A DNA stretch of 64,000 nt, taken from NCBI GenBank assembly GCA_018398765.1, contig JAHBMJ010000477.1:1-64000 (forward strand), written 5' to 3'. The stretch comes from Chromera velia. Its lineage: Eukaryota. Every line of letters begins with the position of its first letter. The stretch's first letter is position 1. Positions 39,220 to 50,951 of the stretch are shown one piece after another. The translations under genes were made by a program, and so were the position numbers. Under the pieces are notes generated by a model. The model ran no database searches. It saw nothing but the letters and a program-made list of their open reading frames with translations, and was not told where the DNA came from.

Positions 39220-42200
39220 TTAGAGAGCTCGAAGAAGATGCGAGGGGAACCAGCCGCATTCCTCTTCCTCCGGACTCTCTTTTCTTCCAGCTTCGGGGGG
39301 AGCGACCGTCACCAGTCGCCCCCAACTCCACCCGTTCGGTTCGGAGTGCCGCACCTCCACCACCTCCCCCGCATACAGTTGCAGCTCTTTCTTCTCAAGA
39401 GGAATATGCCCCTTCACTATCCGGCAGAAACGTCCCCCCGCCTGCTGGCCCCGACCCCCTTCCTGTGAAGGGCCCCCTGCGGACCCTCCCATGTCATGCC
39501 GGGGCCCACCTCCCTCATACCCCCCTGGAGTCCGAGTCGACGAATGCGACCCCCCTGCAGGCTGCTGCTGATAAGCAGGTGCTCCACCACCCCCATACTC
39601 AAATTCCGGTGGTGCTCCATACCCCCTGGCCCCTGCCGGGTGAGCAGAGGGATATCCCGGATAGACCCGTGGGTCATGCTCGAAATACCCCGACGGGGTC
39701 TCTTGGCCCCGCAGCACAGCCGCCCCGGGGCGGCTCCCAGACGACAGAGACGAGGGTGCTCCAGTCCCTGTGTGAGACCGGGGGCCGCCGGGGGCACCAA
39801 AGCCCCCCCCCCGGTGGGGGTATGCGGCCTGCATGGGGTGAGAGGGCGAATGAGGAGACGGGTGCCACGCGGCAGGCCTCCCCCCTGCGTCGCTGGCGGC
39901 TAGTCTGTGAGGCTGTGTGTGTGCACCCCCCCGCTCCCTTCCATCCCAACTTCGCCCGCTTCCCCCCGGAGGATTGTGCTGGAAGGACGAGGGAGAGAAA
40001 GCAGCGGAGGACGAAGGGGAGGGACCAGGTGGAGGTTGGTCTGCGGAGAAAAAATGAGGGGGTTGTTGGTGCGATTGTTGCTGCTGCTGAGACTGAGACG
40101 GAGGCGAGGGCACGTCCACCTCGGGAGGGAGGATGTCTTCAATCTTCCCCACTGCCTCAAAGTTGCCCAGGGCCTCCAAGACCGAAACCAGCTTCTTTCT
40201 CAGTTGAACGTTTTGAGCCTGTTACGGACACAGAGGGGGAAGGGGGAGACGGAGAGACCTGTCGGGTTGCATTGAGGCGAATTGACATGGGACAGTAACA
40301 GAAGAAGTAAAGAAAATAGGAAGATGAGAAAACCGATCCAAGTTCACAGCCAGTGACGCGGTTGTCGATAGGGCGACTCACCCACATCCCCCCCCCCCCC
40401 CCACAGAGAGAGAGAGAGAGCAGGAGAAAGCAGAAAGGAGAAACAAAAATACCTTAAATGAACGTCCCACACGGTTCACTGCGCCAAGACGAGAAACTCT
40501 ACGGGCAAACACCAACTTCAACGCAACAGAGAGACGGACCACCAAGGAAAGAATTCATCTGAAAAGTCACTCACGCAATAACAGCGATGTTGGTTCAAAT
40601 TGCGTACCCTTCGCTGACCTTCAAGACGTTGGCTTTCGAGATCAGCGTGCTGATTTGAGTCTGAAAGCAAACAGAGGCGGGGAAAGGAGAAAAGAGAAAG
40701 GTAGAGGGTCGGGATCCATGCAGCGCTCTTGGGTTTCTTCTTTCGGTCTCACTGCCGCTCTGTGTGCAATTTGGGTTGAAGAAGGCAACGGCATTCCTGT
40801 TGAACTAGAGTGTGTTGCAACATCAAAGGAGCGTAACGTCGAACAGAGGAAGAAACAGGTCCGCAGAGAAACGCGCACAGTCTGTCCAATTATTTTTGTT
40901 TTTGTTTTCGTTTGCTTCCGCTTTTGGTTTCAGTGATCAGTTCTCTGAAAAATGGCATGGAGGAAAGACAACTCAGAGAAGTAAAGTGGAAGGCAAGGCT
41001 TCCTGCTCCAAACAAACAGCCGTCTCCCTCCGATGAGAGGAAGGAAGGGCCTTTTTCTTTTTCTTCATGCTTTCCCGTGCCCCAACTAACTAGCGGACAC
41101 ACACACACACACACACACACACAGAATTCCGGGCCTTTCTTTTTGAAGCACACGACCACACGACAGAACAGCCCACCGTCTCTGTCCCACCTCACCCAGT
41201 GACTCGATTCTCTTCTTTTCTCTTCAGACTCACCTGGTGAAAGTCGCTGGGTATGAGCGCGTAAGTCCTGCTGTCCTTCCCGGGCTCAGTCTTATACCGA
41301 AAGCTCGGGGGCACGAACACAAAACGCCAGGAGCACAGGTATCGCCCTGCAGAATTTTTTTCATTTTGCAGTGCAACAGAAGCCAGGGCCCTTTCCTGCT
41401 CTCTCTAACAGCCATGCGGTGGGGGCTTAGCTGACTGTTTGGACACAGCAAAAAGGGAGTTGCATACAAATGAACGAGAGCGCTCACACAAATTCGCACC
41501 CCGACACACTTCAGGTTTTAGTGTTGTTCGTCAACTCCCTCCCCTCAATGATGTCGTCACCACACAAAGAAGCAGGAAGATACGAAAACAGGGGATAAAG
41601 AGCAGAGCTACATGCATCATTTTCTGACTGACCTTCCTTGTCAGGTGTGGGGGCTACAGTCGGGACACATCGGAATTCTGCAACAAGCAAAGACACAAAC
41701 AGGACGAGGATAAGACAGGACAAACGGAAGTTTAGCAGAACGGAGTTCTTGGTGGGTGAGTTTTCTGCAAACCATGATTTCTTTTTTTCTGTTCGCGTCT
41801 CCTTCATTCCACCCACCCTCTGCAGACACTTATGCCCACGCACACAAAACAGAATCCCAAACCCCCCCCGTATGCCCAGTCAATTGCCCCCCCGAAAACG
41901 AGTCTGATCAAATCGGGCGGCCAAAAAATTCACCAACCGTCTCCCTCTTTCTCTGCCCCCCCCCCATGTTTTTTAGACACAGCCCCCCACAGACAGACAG
42001 ATAGACAGAGAGACCCACCATCCAGCTGCCCGTACCCAGTGGCAATCTGCCGAAAGTGTTCGGGGTCTGAGACTTGCTTTTCCAGTCGGTTCAACTTCTC
42101 AGCTCTCTGAATGCACACATGGAGGAGAAACCAGGGAAAAGGAAAATGACAGGCTCGACCACATTAACAAACGGAGAAGGAACCAGGCCCTGATCAAAAT

Positions 42201-42262
42201 CACCATCAATCAAATCGCAGCTCTTGTATTTGTCAGAGCTTCGTTCCTGAACTACGAGGGAC

Positions 42263-42332
<70 letters not shown>

Positions 42333-42907
42333 TCGTCCAGTCATTCTTCAAGTCTGGAGTCTCTGTCTGTCCACGCCGAGTCCAAATTCCAACCCACGCC
42401 AGTCATGCTGCCTTCCTTCTACTGTGTTTCTTTGCCCACACCTCTCCAAAACAAACTTCCTAGCTGCATGCATCTGAGTCCCATCTCTCTTTCTCACTGA
42501 CTCACGTTTAATGCGCGTCTTTCCTTTCGATTTGGCGGCTTTGCAGCTTGAGCAAACCCCTCTTCCCCCCCCTGCCCTTCAGGCCCTCCCACCGCACCCT
42601 CGAAGGACGACGACACTCCTGTGCCTGGAGACGCCCCGGGGTGCAGGTCCCCCTCCCTCTCCACCTGCAGATCTGCCTCCTGGCCTTGAATTGGAACTGC
42701 GTCCTTCCCAATGCTCAGAGATGCTGGAGGCATAGAAGAAGAAGAGGAAGGACCCCCACCGTCTCCAGCAGCAGCAGCGGCAGCAGCGGCACCGCGAGCC
42801 ACAAGAGTGTCCTGAGATTGTGACTGAGCATCGTGTAGGGCTTCTGGCGGTTGGGTCGACAGCTCTTTGTCTGCGGCCGGGACCTCACCGGAAGCCGCCC
42901 CCTCCAT
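39220..42907 (-). CDS. SH3-domain-containing protein (about 547 aa)
   Basis: Exons 42907-42506, 42106-42019, 41346-41234, 40660-40619 and 40218-39220 total 1644 nt with phase-consistent GT-AG introns. C-terminal SH3: CRIVKGHIPLEKKELQLYAGEVVEVRHSEPNGWSWG..GWFPSHLL. The linker is Pro/Gly/Gln-rich. Confidence 0.85.
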
Positions 42908-43319
42908 TTTCAAGATCCGCTCTATCTCAAGAAAACACGTGTACCCGTCAGTCTAGATCGAACGAAATGAAATTAAAGTATCAGCAGAGTTGCGATACTC
43001 GTTCTTTCATCTCGCCTGTTTGTTCTGGGGTTCTGGAGCGAAGGGATCGAACATGTATGCCAACAAACGCTCTCCAGCTAGAAGCTGCAGGGAATCTGCA
43101 GGGACATGCAGGGACAGGATAGGGACAGGGCAGGAAAAGTCTCGATCTCGCGCGCGATGAATGCGGTGAATGAGTCGCTGCATGGGCCCCGGCACGACGC
43201 ACACTCCGGGCCATGCATGCATGTTGGGGCCCCGGCCGGGCCCGCAATTAAAGGCCCCGGAAAGCATGCAACTTCGAGTAGGCACTTAACAATTTAAAGT
43301 TCCGGATTCGAATTTCGAA

Positions 43320-43403
43320 ATCGCCTCAGGGGGCAGCTCAGCTCTGCTGAGATCAGCCGAGAGGCCGGGTCTGAGGCCCTAAGATCGCATTCACTCGCAT
43401 AAC
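43320..43403 (-). promoter_or_regulatory. Shared upstream motif, copy 2, with palindrome CTCAGC-N3-GCTGAG
   Basis: Its reverse complement closely matches 50879-50951, with a 12-nt internal insertion. It lies about 410-500 bp upstream of the SH3 gene ATG. Confidence 0.55.
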
Positions 43404-43528
43404 GCATTTTTTCATTTTTTGTGGGGGGGGTTCGGTGTTTGTTTGCATGTTTGTCTATCACAGGTGTCGCCCTGATTCTAAAATGTGCCACTCCAGCAAC
43501 TCGTACGAAGCCATGCAATCATATTAAT

Positions 43529-46340
43529 TATAACAGGTATGCAGGGCTCGTACTAACGCGGCTCATAAGTTGGCAGGAAGGTCTATCAAACTAGACATTT
43601 GTTGGTATTCCCTTGCTCAGTCTTGTTCTATACTCTCATACAAGAGAAACGCGACTAGTGATTCATATGGCTAAATGGCATGTAACGACGCGCGCTTTCA
43701 CTTTCATCGCGGCCCCGGAAAGACATACACGTGGACCAGCTCATTCACAGTCAATATAGGAGGGCGGGGCGCTCGCTTACACTTATGCCATGACCAGCAT
43801 ATACGTCACACATGTCCACCTCCAAAGACGATCGTCCTCGATCGTTTTCTTCTTTCGACGATCAATGCATCTCACTTTGAATCACAGATTCTCTCTCACT
43901 CAATGCAATCACAATCATACACCCTCGAGTGCAATTTGTTCACCCTTGCAACCTGAAAATAAAACATCATCGGCACATTTCATCAATGAAAAATTTCTTT
44001 TCTGCGATCGCAATCTCCCTTGCCTCATCCATCTAGCTCCATCTCTGTCTCACGGAACCCTTAAGTGGCAGTGTCCTCAAGCCAAATCAATACTGTATGC
44101 TCGAAGCTGCAAGGCTCAAAACACGCAAACACGAATTGAAACAGTCATATCATGACTTCCTCAGGCGTCCCCGAGGTACAAATCGAAACGAAGACACACA
44201 CTACAGCTGTGCTATGTCTTCACTTCATGTGAAAAGGCCCAGCCAAAACAGCTCTACCATGAATTACCATGAATTACCGCATTTAATTTACCGTAAGCTA
44301 GTCTCAAATTGACTCTCAAATCATTCACCTCTCCCTTCCATAATCTTTTACACTGAACAACTTGCTCCAAAACCCCAGCTCTCTCCTCCTCTCTCCTTTC
44401 CCCTCCCCTCTTGCTTTACTCAGTACTCACACTCCACCGAGATCGACCGAGGGTTGGGTTAGCCTGTATCTCTCTCACCCGCTCTAGGATGGGACCCCAG
44501 AATTCTGTCCCATCTGGTGGGCCCTCTCGCGGAACACCTGCAGGCGTTGTTTCCCCCTCCATCTGCTCTTCTCTCTCTGCCTGTTTGTCAGTGAGCGCGA
44601 ATGCACGCTCGATCTTGTCAATCTCCTCTTTTGTCATCCTTTCCTCTTTCCCCTTCATTCAATTTGTTTTCTTGGGGCCTGGTATGCGACTTTTCCTGAC
44701 AGTGCTTGATAGGAGATGGAATGATATGGAGACTCTGTCTCCTCCTCACTCTCTTCATCCTCCCACCTAGCCTCCTATTTGTTCACTTTCTCATCCTCTT
44801 TCTTTTCTTCCTTTTCCTGTCCCTCCTCGATGTTGTGGAGCTATAAGGGGCGGTACACCCACTTACCATCATCTCTCTCTATCTTTCTCTCCTGTTGCAC
44901 ACACAAAAGACGGAATTTAAGTCTGTTGGGGTTGGGAACGCTCCTCTTTGAAGTTTTTCCCCTCCTCATCCTAATCTTCATCTTAGAAAACACCTGATGT
45001 GAGGAAATTGGGTCCTCTAGAGTGTTTGTTTCTTTGGGGGCCAGACGGAGGCTTCTTATTGATCCAATACTTATTAGCTGTGTGATCAGCGTGCAACTAT
45101 CTGCAGCAGAAACACCCGTTATACTTTATTAGAATTGTCGTCTCCTCATCTATCATGGGAGGTAGGTTGTGGCTAATCTGCTGACCCCAGAATCTTTGCT
45201 CATAAGTCACAGCCCCGATATCCATTAGTGTTGGTCCCGTTGGATCGTGTGCGGCTGCACTTCCGGTGACAACTGATGGTGGGATAATGCTTAGGATGGT
45301 AGAGTGCGATGCTGCTGTGATAATGGGGATTATTGAGTGGTAGTGAGAGTTTGCTATGGCCTGAAAAGCTGCAGAGACTGCTTGATCCAGACTCGTGGGC
45401 TCCTTTCTGGTGACCTCTTTCGCTAACTCTTGAGGCAGATTCTTTTAGAAATGGTTAATCTTGTCGCTCATACTCATGTTTGTCACTTTTAGCAACTTAG
45501 CGATGAACTGCTCGGTGTACGTCTCAACATAAGAGATTCTACAGACTTTGCATACTTTAGTTTGTCAAGTTTGGCTCGCAGCTCTATTTGGGTATGTCTG
45601 TCCTTGAAGTAGGAAACAAGGATGGTCTTCACCTCCTCCCAAAAATTCAGCTTCCTTCCCACTTAATTTGGCAACGAATCTTCTAAAATCTTCACTGCTT
45701 GTGATGCGTCTCCAGACTGAGTGAGGTGTAACAGTGCAGCTTCATTAACAAGGAGGTCCGCTTCTGACATACAGTGAAATCTCTGATTTCTTTCACAGAG
45801 GTTCACCCAGTCAACATACTTCTCTACATCTCCATCAAAATCATAAATCGGTTTGACTTGCTTAAGAGGAGTAGAAGATGATGTCAAAAAGGTGCTGGCT
45901 GCAGTTAGATGGTCTACATGCGCTTGCAGGGAGACGAGTTTGGAGGCTTACTGAGAGATCAACGCGTCCTGTCTTTAGACAATGACAAGCAGCTCAGCTA
46001 GATCAACTGTGTTTGGACCTTCCATCTTGCTAACCAAACGTACTCTACTGGTCGAACGAAGCTCTGCTATCACCTATAAGATTAGTTACCTATAACAGGT
46101 ATGCAGGGTTCGTACTAACGGGGCTTATAAGTTGGCAGGAAGGTTTGTCAAGCTAGACCTAGAGCTAGATGTTTGTTGGTATTGATTATTCCCTCGCTCA
46201 GTCTGTATCTCAGTGTTAGTTTGATTCTATGCTCTCATACAAGAGAAACGTAACTGGTGATTCATATGGCTAAATGGCATGCAACGACGCACCGCGACGC
46301 GCGCTTTCACTTTCATCGTGGCCTCGGAAAGACATATACA
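43529..46340 (-). mobile_element. Decayed, internally deleted LTR retrotransposon (Ty3/gypsy-type gag, no pol seen)
   Basis: Direct repeats at 43529-43731 (probably extending to about 43810, TGTGAC start on minus) and 46091-46340 (truncated). PBS-like TGATAGCAGAGC (near TGGTAGCAGAG, tRNA-iMet) at about 46061-46072. Stop-riddled gag from about 46025: PIYDFDGDVEKYVDWV..FWEEVKTILVSYF, GPTLMDIG, and zinc-knuckle relic CFCCR*LHADHTANKY. Confidence 0.85.
45060..46025 (-). pseudogene. Retrotransposon gag pseudogene
   Basis: Retrotrans-gag-like helices, a PTPMD-like motif and a CCHC remnant, with several TAA/TAG stops. Confidence 0.75.
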
Positions 46341-46459
46341 CAGGCCGTATGCCGGGGGTGAGTGGGATGCTTTTTGCCCTCCCTTCTGCATAGGAGACCG
46401 GCGCTTTTCCGCAAAAAACTCATTCTCATAATTGGTAAAGAGTTAGAAGCTGAAACTTT

Positions 46460-46697
46460 GTGTAAAAAGACATTATAACGATAGAAAAAGAACTATTGAA
46501 CAGATTTTTTATATCATTTCTAGAAATATAGGCTGCTATACAAATTTTATGAGTTTTATACCGTTTTTCTTACTATTAAGAACCGTTAAAAAATGGCCCA
46601 TAAATCAAAAAATTTGTATAGCAGCCTATGTTTCTAGAAATGATATAAAAAATCTGTTCTATAGTTCTTTTTCTATCATTACAACGTCTTCTTACAC
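46460..46697. repeat. Foldback/MITE-like inverted repeat (arms about 88 bp, spacer about 60 bp)
   Basis: GTGTAAAAAGACATTATAACGATAGAAAAAG..CTATACAAATTTT (46460-46548) matches the reverse complement of about 46609-46697, with about 6 mismatches. Confidence 0.9.
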
Positions 46698-46740
46698 TAC
46701 TAGGGGTTTAATTCTGACTAATTCTGACCCCGTAAATAGT

Positions 46741-46862
46741 CCTCCTGAGGTACTCACCCAACTGGTTGGGTATGTCTCGTTATATAAGGGCTTCTTCTTC
46801 TAATATAATAGAACGTGATAGAACGTGATAGACCTAACCAGTTAGGTGAGTGCCTCGGGGGG
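46741..46862. repeat. Inverted repeat with 31-bp arms
   Basis: CCTCCTGAGGTACTCACCCAACTGGTTGGGT vs the reverse complement of 46832-46862: 26/31 identical, all 5 mismatches are transitions. Confidence 0.9.
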
Positions 46863-46892
46863 CGTCTTGGTGGTTGCATATCGTGAGAAAAG

Positions 46893-46964
46893 TGGCTGCA
46901 GCAGGAATCAAACCCGAAACCATATGCATGTGAATAGGATATTCTACCGACTGGGCTGCACACC
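46893..46964 (-). pseudogene. Degenerate tRNA-Val(CAC)-like sequence (tRNA pseudogene or SINE head)
   Basis: Minus strand shows an A-box-like AGCCCAGTCGGTAGA, anticodon region TTCACAT, B-box-like GGGTTTGATTCC (GGTTCGA with C>T), and 3' TGCAGCCA followed by TTTT. Stems are imperfect. Confidence 0.6.
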
Positions 46965-47092
46965 GCAGAGACACAGGGAACCCCTAGTGGGCTATGACAG
47001 TATAATATACCGCAGATGCCGGTTCATGTATGCATGTAGCAATTATAGCCAATTATTTTGACGTACGCATCCGATACTTTCTAGCTTACTTG

Positions 47093-47950
47093 CCGGGGCC
47101 CAGGGCCTCGGTTTTTGTCTAGCTCTGTACACCCTCGCGACCTGGCTCAAAGGGTAACATACGGAGGGGCGTCGCGCGCGGGACACTACGTGTGTTCTCT
47201 AATCATGCCTACGGTCTATCCATCGGCTTGCAAGGATCGACGTAATACTGCGATTAATTGGCATGCTGATTTCGAGCTATTAATGTTTAGCTCGGCGTGT
47301 ATGCGAAGCGTCATCCTCCGATGGTTTTTCGCATGCATGCGTTTTTTGTATATCGTGTTATTAGCATGTATTCGATAAATTCTAATTGAATCAGACAGCA
47401 GCCTGTTGGATTGTACTGGATTATGGTAGATTGACCGTGTGCTCCTACCGACATATTTGTACACAGACAACATAAGATCTCAGCTGTTGGAAGAGACTTT
47501 CAATTTCGTAGAATCTCCATTATACGCGAATAAAGCCTGATCGCGACACCCATCCATCACGCAACGTACAATGTAACAGCTCCGTGCAAACGATCGTAGA
47601 AAGTTTGTACCAACGGTCGCTGAAAGTTCGAGCCATGCACATAACTGTATCTGCGAAAACTTCAAGAAACGTGCCCCTCAAGCAACCTGTGCGGGATTAA
47701 CTCTTTGACGCAAGCATGCAACTCAATTAATTGGCATGAAGAAGTAAAATGATAGTAAAATGCTGGGGCCCAGGGCCTCGGTTCTTGTCTAGATCTGTAC
47801 ACCCCCGCAACCTGGGTTAACGGCCGGGTAACATGCGCGTGTGTCCCCCGATCGCGACACCCATCCGTCACACATGACGGGCTCTGTGCGAACGGTCGCG
47901 AGAAAACAATCCCTCCGCGCACAACATGCAGAGAGAAACGTGCCCCTCAA
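47093..47950. repeat. Dispersed, diverged direct sub-repeats (probable transposon remnant)
   Basis: GGGGCCCAGGGCCTCGGTT..TGTACACCC at about 47095 and 47765; GATCGCGACACCCATCC at about 47539 and 47850; GAAACGTGCCCCTCAA at about 47666 and 47935. Confidence 0.6.
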
Positions 47951-48337
47951 ACAATATATACGGGACGCCAATGCATGGCACAAGAGATCGATCTCGGCCA
48001 CGCAAATGCATTTAATTAAGCTATAGGATCTTCAATAGCAAAAAAAAACTGGTATAGGACAGACATAGCTACATATTCTCCTGTACATCTGGAGGATGGA
48101 GGTAACAAGCCCACCAGTAGGTCCAAATTTGTCGTCAATCCTGCGTCTGTGCATGCAGCTAAGCAGCAGCTTTTTGACTGACCTTGCTACGAGAATTAGT
48201 GAACTCTGCTGCATGCATGGTTCAATCAAGCTTCTGTCTAGACACATGGTGAGAGAATCAAATCTTCAGGCCAGAAGTCCTATATGAAGATAAACACGCA
48301 GACGTTGAACTTCTCTCTACTTTCACCTTTCCTGCTT

Positions 48338-49960
48338 GAATGACGGCCTCTCCACTTCCATCTTTCTGTCTCTTTGCATGACAGCCTCTCTACTTCCATC
48401 TTTCTGTCTGTTTGCATGACGGCCTCTCCACTTCCATCTTTTTGTCTGTTTGCATGGCGGCCTCTCCACTTCCATCTTTCTGTCTGTTTGCATGGCGCCT
48501 CTCCACTTCCATCTTTCTGTCTGTTTGCATGACAGCCTCTCCACTTTCGTCTTTCTGTCTGTTTGCATGGCGGCCTCTCCACTTCCATCTTTCTATCTGT
48601 TTGCATGATGGCCTCTCCACTTTCATCTTTCTATCTGTTTACATGGCGCCTCTCCGCTTCCATCTTTCTGTCTGTTTGCATGGCGCCTCTCCGCTTTCAT
48701 CTTTCTGTCTGTTTGCATGGCGCCTCTCCACTTTCGTCTTTCTGTCTGTTTGTACGATGGCCTCTCCACCTCCATCTTTCTGTCTGTTTCCATGACAACC
48801 TCTCCACTTCCATCTTTCTGTTTGTTTCCATGACAGCCTCTCCACTTCCATCTTTCTGTCTGTTTGCATGACGGCCTCTCCACTTCCATCTTTTTGTCTG
48901 TTTGCATGACGGCCTCTCCACTTCCATCTTTCTCTCTGTTTGTATGGCGCCTCTCCACAGTGACTTCCATCTTTCTGTCTGTTTACGTGACGGCCTCTCC
49001 ACCTCCATCTTTCTATCTGTTTGCATGGCGCCTCTCCGCTTCCATCTTTCTGTCTGTTTGCATGGCGCCTCTCCGCTTTCATCTTTCTGACAGTGTCTGT
49101 TTCCATGACAGCCTCTCCACTTCCATCTTTCTGTCTGTTTACATGACGGCCTCTTCACTTCTATCTTTTTGTCTGTTTGCATGACGGCCTCTCCACTTCC
49201 ATCTTTCTGTCTGTTTGCATGGCGGCCTCTCCACTTTCATCTTTCTGTCTGTTTACATGACGGCCTTTCCACTTCCATCTTTCTGTCTGTTTGCATGATG
49301 GCCTCTCCACTTCCATCTTTTTGTCTGTTTGCATGATGGCCTCTCCACTTTCGTCTTTTTGTCTATTTGTATGACGGCCTCTCCACTTCTATCTTTCTGT
49401 CTGTTTGTATGACGGCCTCTCCACTTTCATCTTTCTCTCTGTTTGTATGGCGCCTCTCCACAGTGACTTCCATCTTTCTGTCTGTTTGCGTGACGGCCTC
49501 TCCACCTCCATCTTTTTGTCTGTTTGCATGGCGCCTCTCCGCTTCCATCTTTCTGTCTGTTTGCATGGCGCCTCTCCGCTTTCATCTTTCTGACAGTGTC
49601 TGTTTCCATGACAGCCTCTCCACTTCCATCTTTCTGTCTGTTTACATGACGGCCTCTTCACTTCCATCTTTTTGTCTGTTTGCATGATGGCCTCTCCACT
49701 TCCATCTTTCTGTCTGTTTGCATGGCGGCCTCTCCACTTTTATCTTTCTGTCTGTTTACATGACGGCCTTTCCACTTCCGTCTCTCTGTCTGTTTGTATG
49801 ACGGCCTCTCCACTTCCATCTTTCTTTCTTTTTTCTTGCACGACGGCTTCTCCACTTTTATATTCCCATCTTTCTTTTTTGTTTGCTTGATGGGTCTCTA
49901 CTTTCTTCTGTCATGCACTGTCAAACATGACGACTCTCCACTTTTGTCTATCTTGCCGGC
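48338..49960. repeat. 36-38 bp tandem satellite (roughly 40+ units) with about 503-bp higher-order duplication
   Basis: Unit CATGACGGCCTCTCCACTTCCATCTTTCTGTCTGTTTG. Variant landmarks recur 503 bp apart (48864-49184 vs 49367-49687). The array decays toward about 50120. Confidence 0.97.
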
Positions 49961-50878
49961 TTGTATGACTACTTTCCGCTAGCTTCCATCTTTCCTGCCT
50001 GCGTGTTAAAGGCCTCTCCAGTTTCATCCTATCTGCTAGCCCGTCTACTTGCAGAAAGTCTTCCTTGTCTCCTCACATAACGACCTTTCAGTCTTTATCT
50101 TTCTTGTCTGTCTGCGTGTATGACCCCTCATTGGAATAAACAATATACTCTAAATCTCGTCTGGTTGATAATTCCGTACAAAAGCTGACGTCTGTTCCAG
50201 TTTCATTTCTCTAGTTCATTTCTCTGGTTTTCTTTTCTGTTTTCATATGTTTGGATGCTGGCTTTTCCTGGATCACAGAGAATGTTTTTGCTTTCCTAAA
50301 ATGTGAAATTTAAAGCAGAATCATTTGAAGGAGGATGGAGGATGGAGTTTACAACATTTGAACAAAAAACGACAAAGACTTCTTCACAAGGAATTTCTAG
50401 AAGAATTTTCAACATGTATATGTATCACTGTGGGTAATTTACTAAATTTTGAATACTTTTGACAAAGATCGATAAAGAACTTTGAAAAAAAAAAAAATAG
50501 AACTTAAAATGGTATGAATAGTTATTGATATTTATGAATGGCTGTAAAATAGTATAAGAACAAACCAGAACTCCTATATATGAAGATGAACATGCAAACA
50601 TTGAACTTCTCTTCACTTTCATCTTTCGTGCTTGAATGACAAACTCTCCACTTCTATCTTTCTGTCTGTTTGCATGATAGTCTTTCCCCTTTTATCGTCC
50701 AGACTCCAAACTCCAGACAGTCTTTTTGCAAGATGACCCTGAGGATTAATACTAAAAGGCTTTAGTCTAGACAATTTTTTGCTGGGCCCCGGCATGCCAC
50801 TGGAGCCTGTAGAAATGGCATCCTGCATTCTATCATAATTTTGTATGATATCGACCCCTTCCCCCAAAAATGGAGCTG

Positions 50879-50951
50879 CGATATGCGAGTCCGTGCGATC
50901 TCAGGGCCTCTCGGCTGATCTCAGCAAAGCTGAGCTGCCCTCCGAGGCGAT
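50879..50951 (+). promoter_or_regulatory. Shared upstream motif, copy 3
   Basis: TGCGATCTCAGGGCCTCTCGGCTGATCTCAGCAAAGCTGAGCTGCCCTCCGAGGCGAT, about 700 bp upstream of the PPR ATG and followed by a GC-rich tract. Confidence 0.55.

Noticed and set aside
48338..49960. CRISPR array or repeat-protein ORFs (MQTDRKMEVER...)
   Set aside because: Units abut with no unique spacers, there are no cas genes and the context is eukaryotic. ORFs appear on both strands in shifting frames because of the 36/38-bp units.
46341..50802. hAT-like DNA transposon with ends CAGGCCGTATGCCGGGG / CCCCGGCATGCCACTG
   Set aside because: The ends match only partly, there is no target-site duplication or transposase, and the rest of the interrupted LTR does not resume after 50802.
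43320..50951. Single large TIR transposon bounded by the inverted motif copies
   Set aside because: No TSD is seen, and a third copy sits upstream of an unrelated gene at 32834, which favours a regulatory motif. Not fully excluded.
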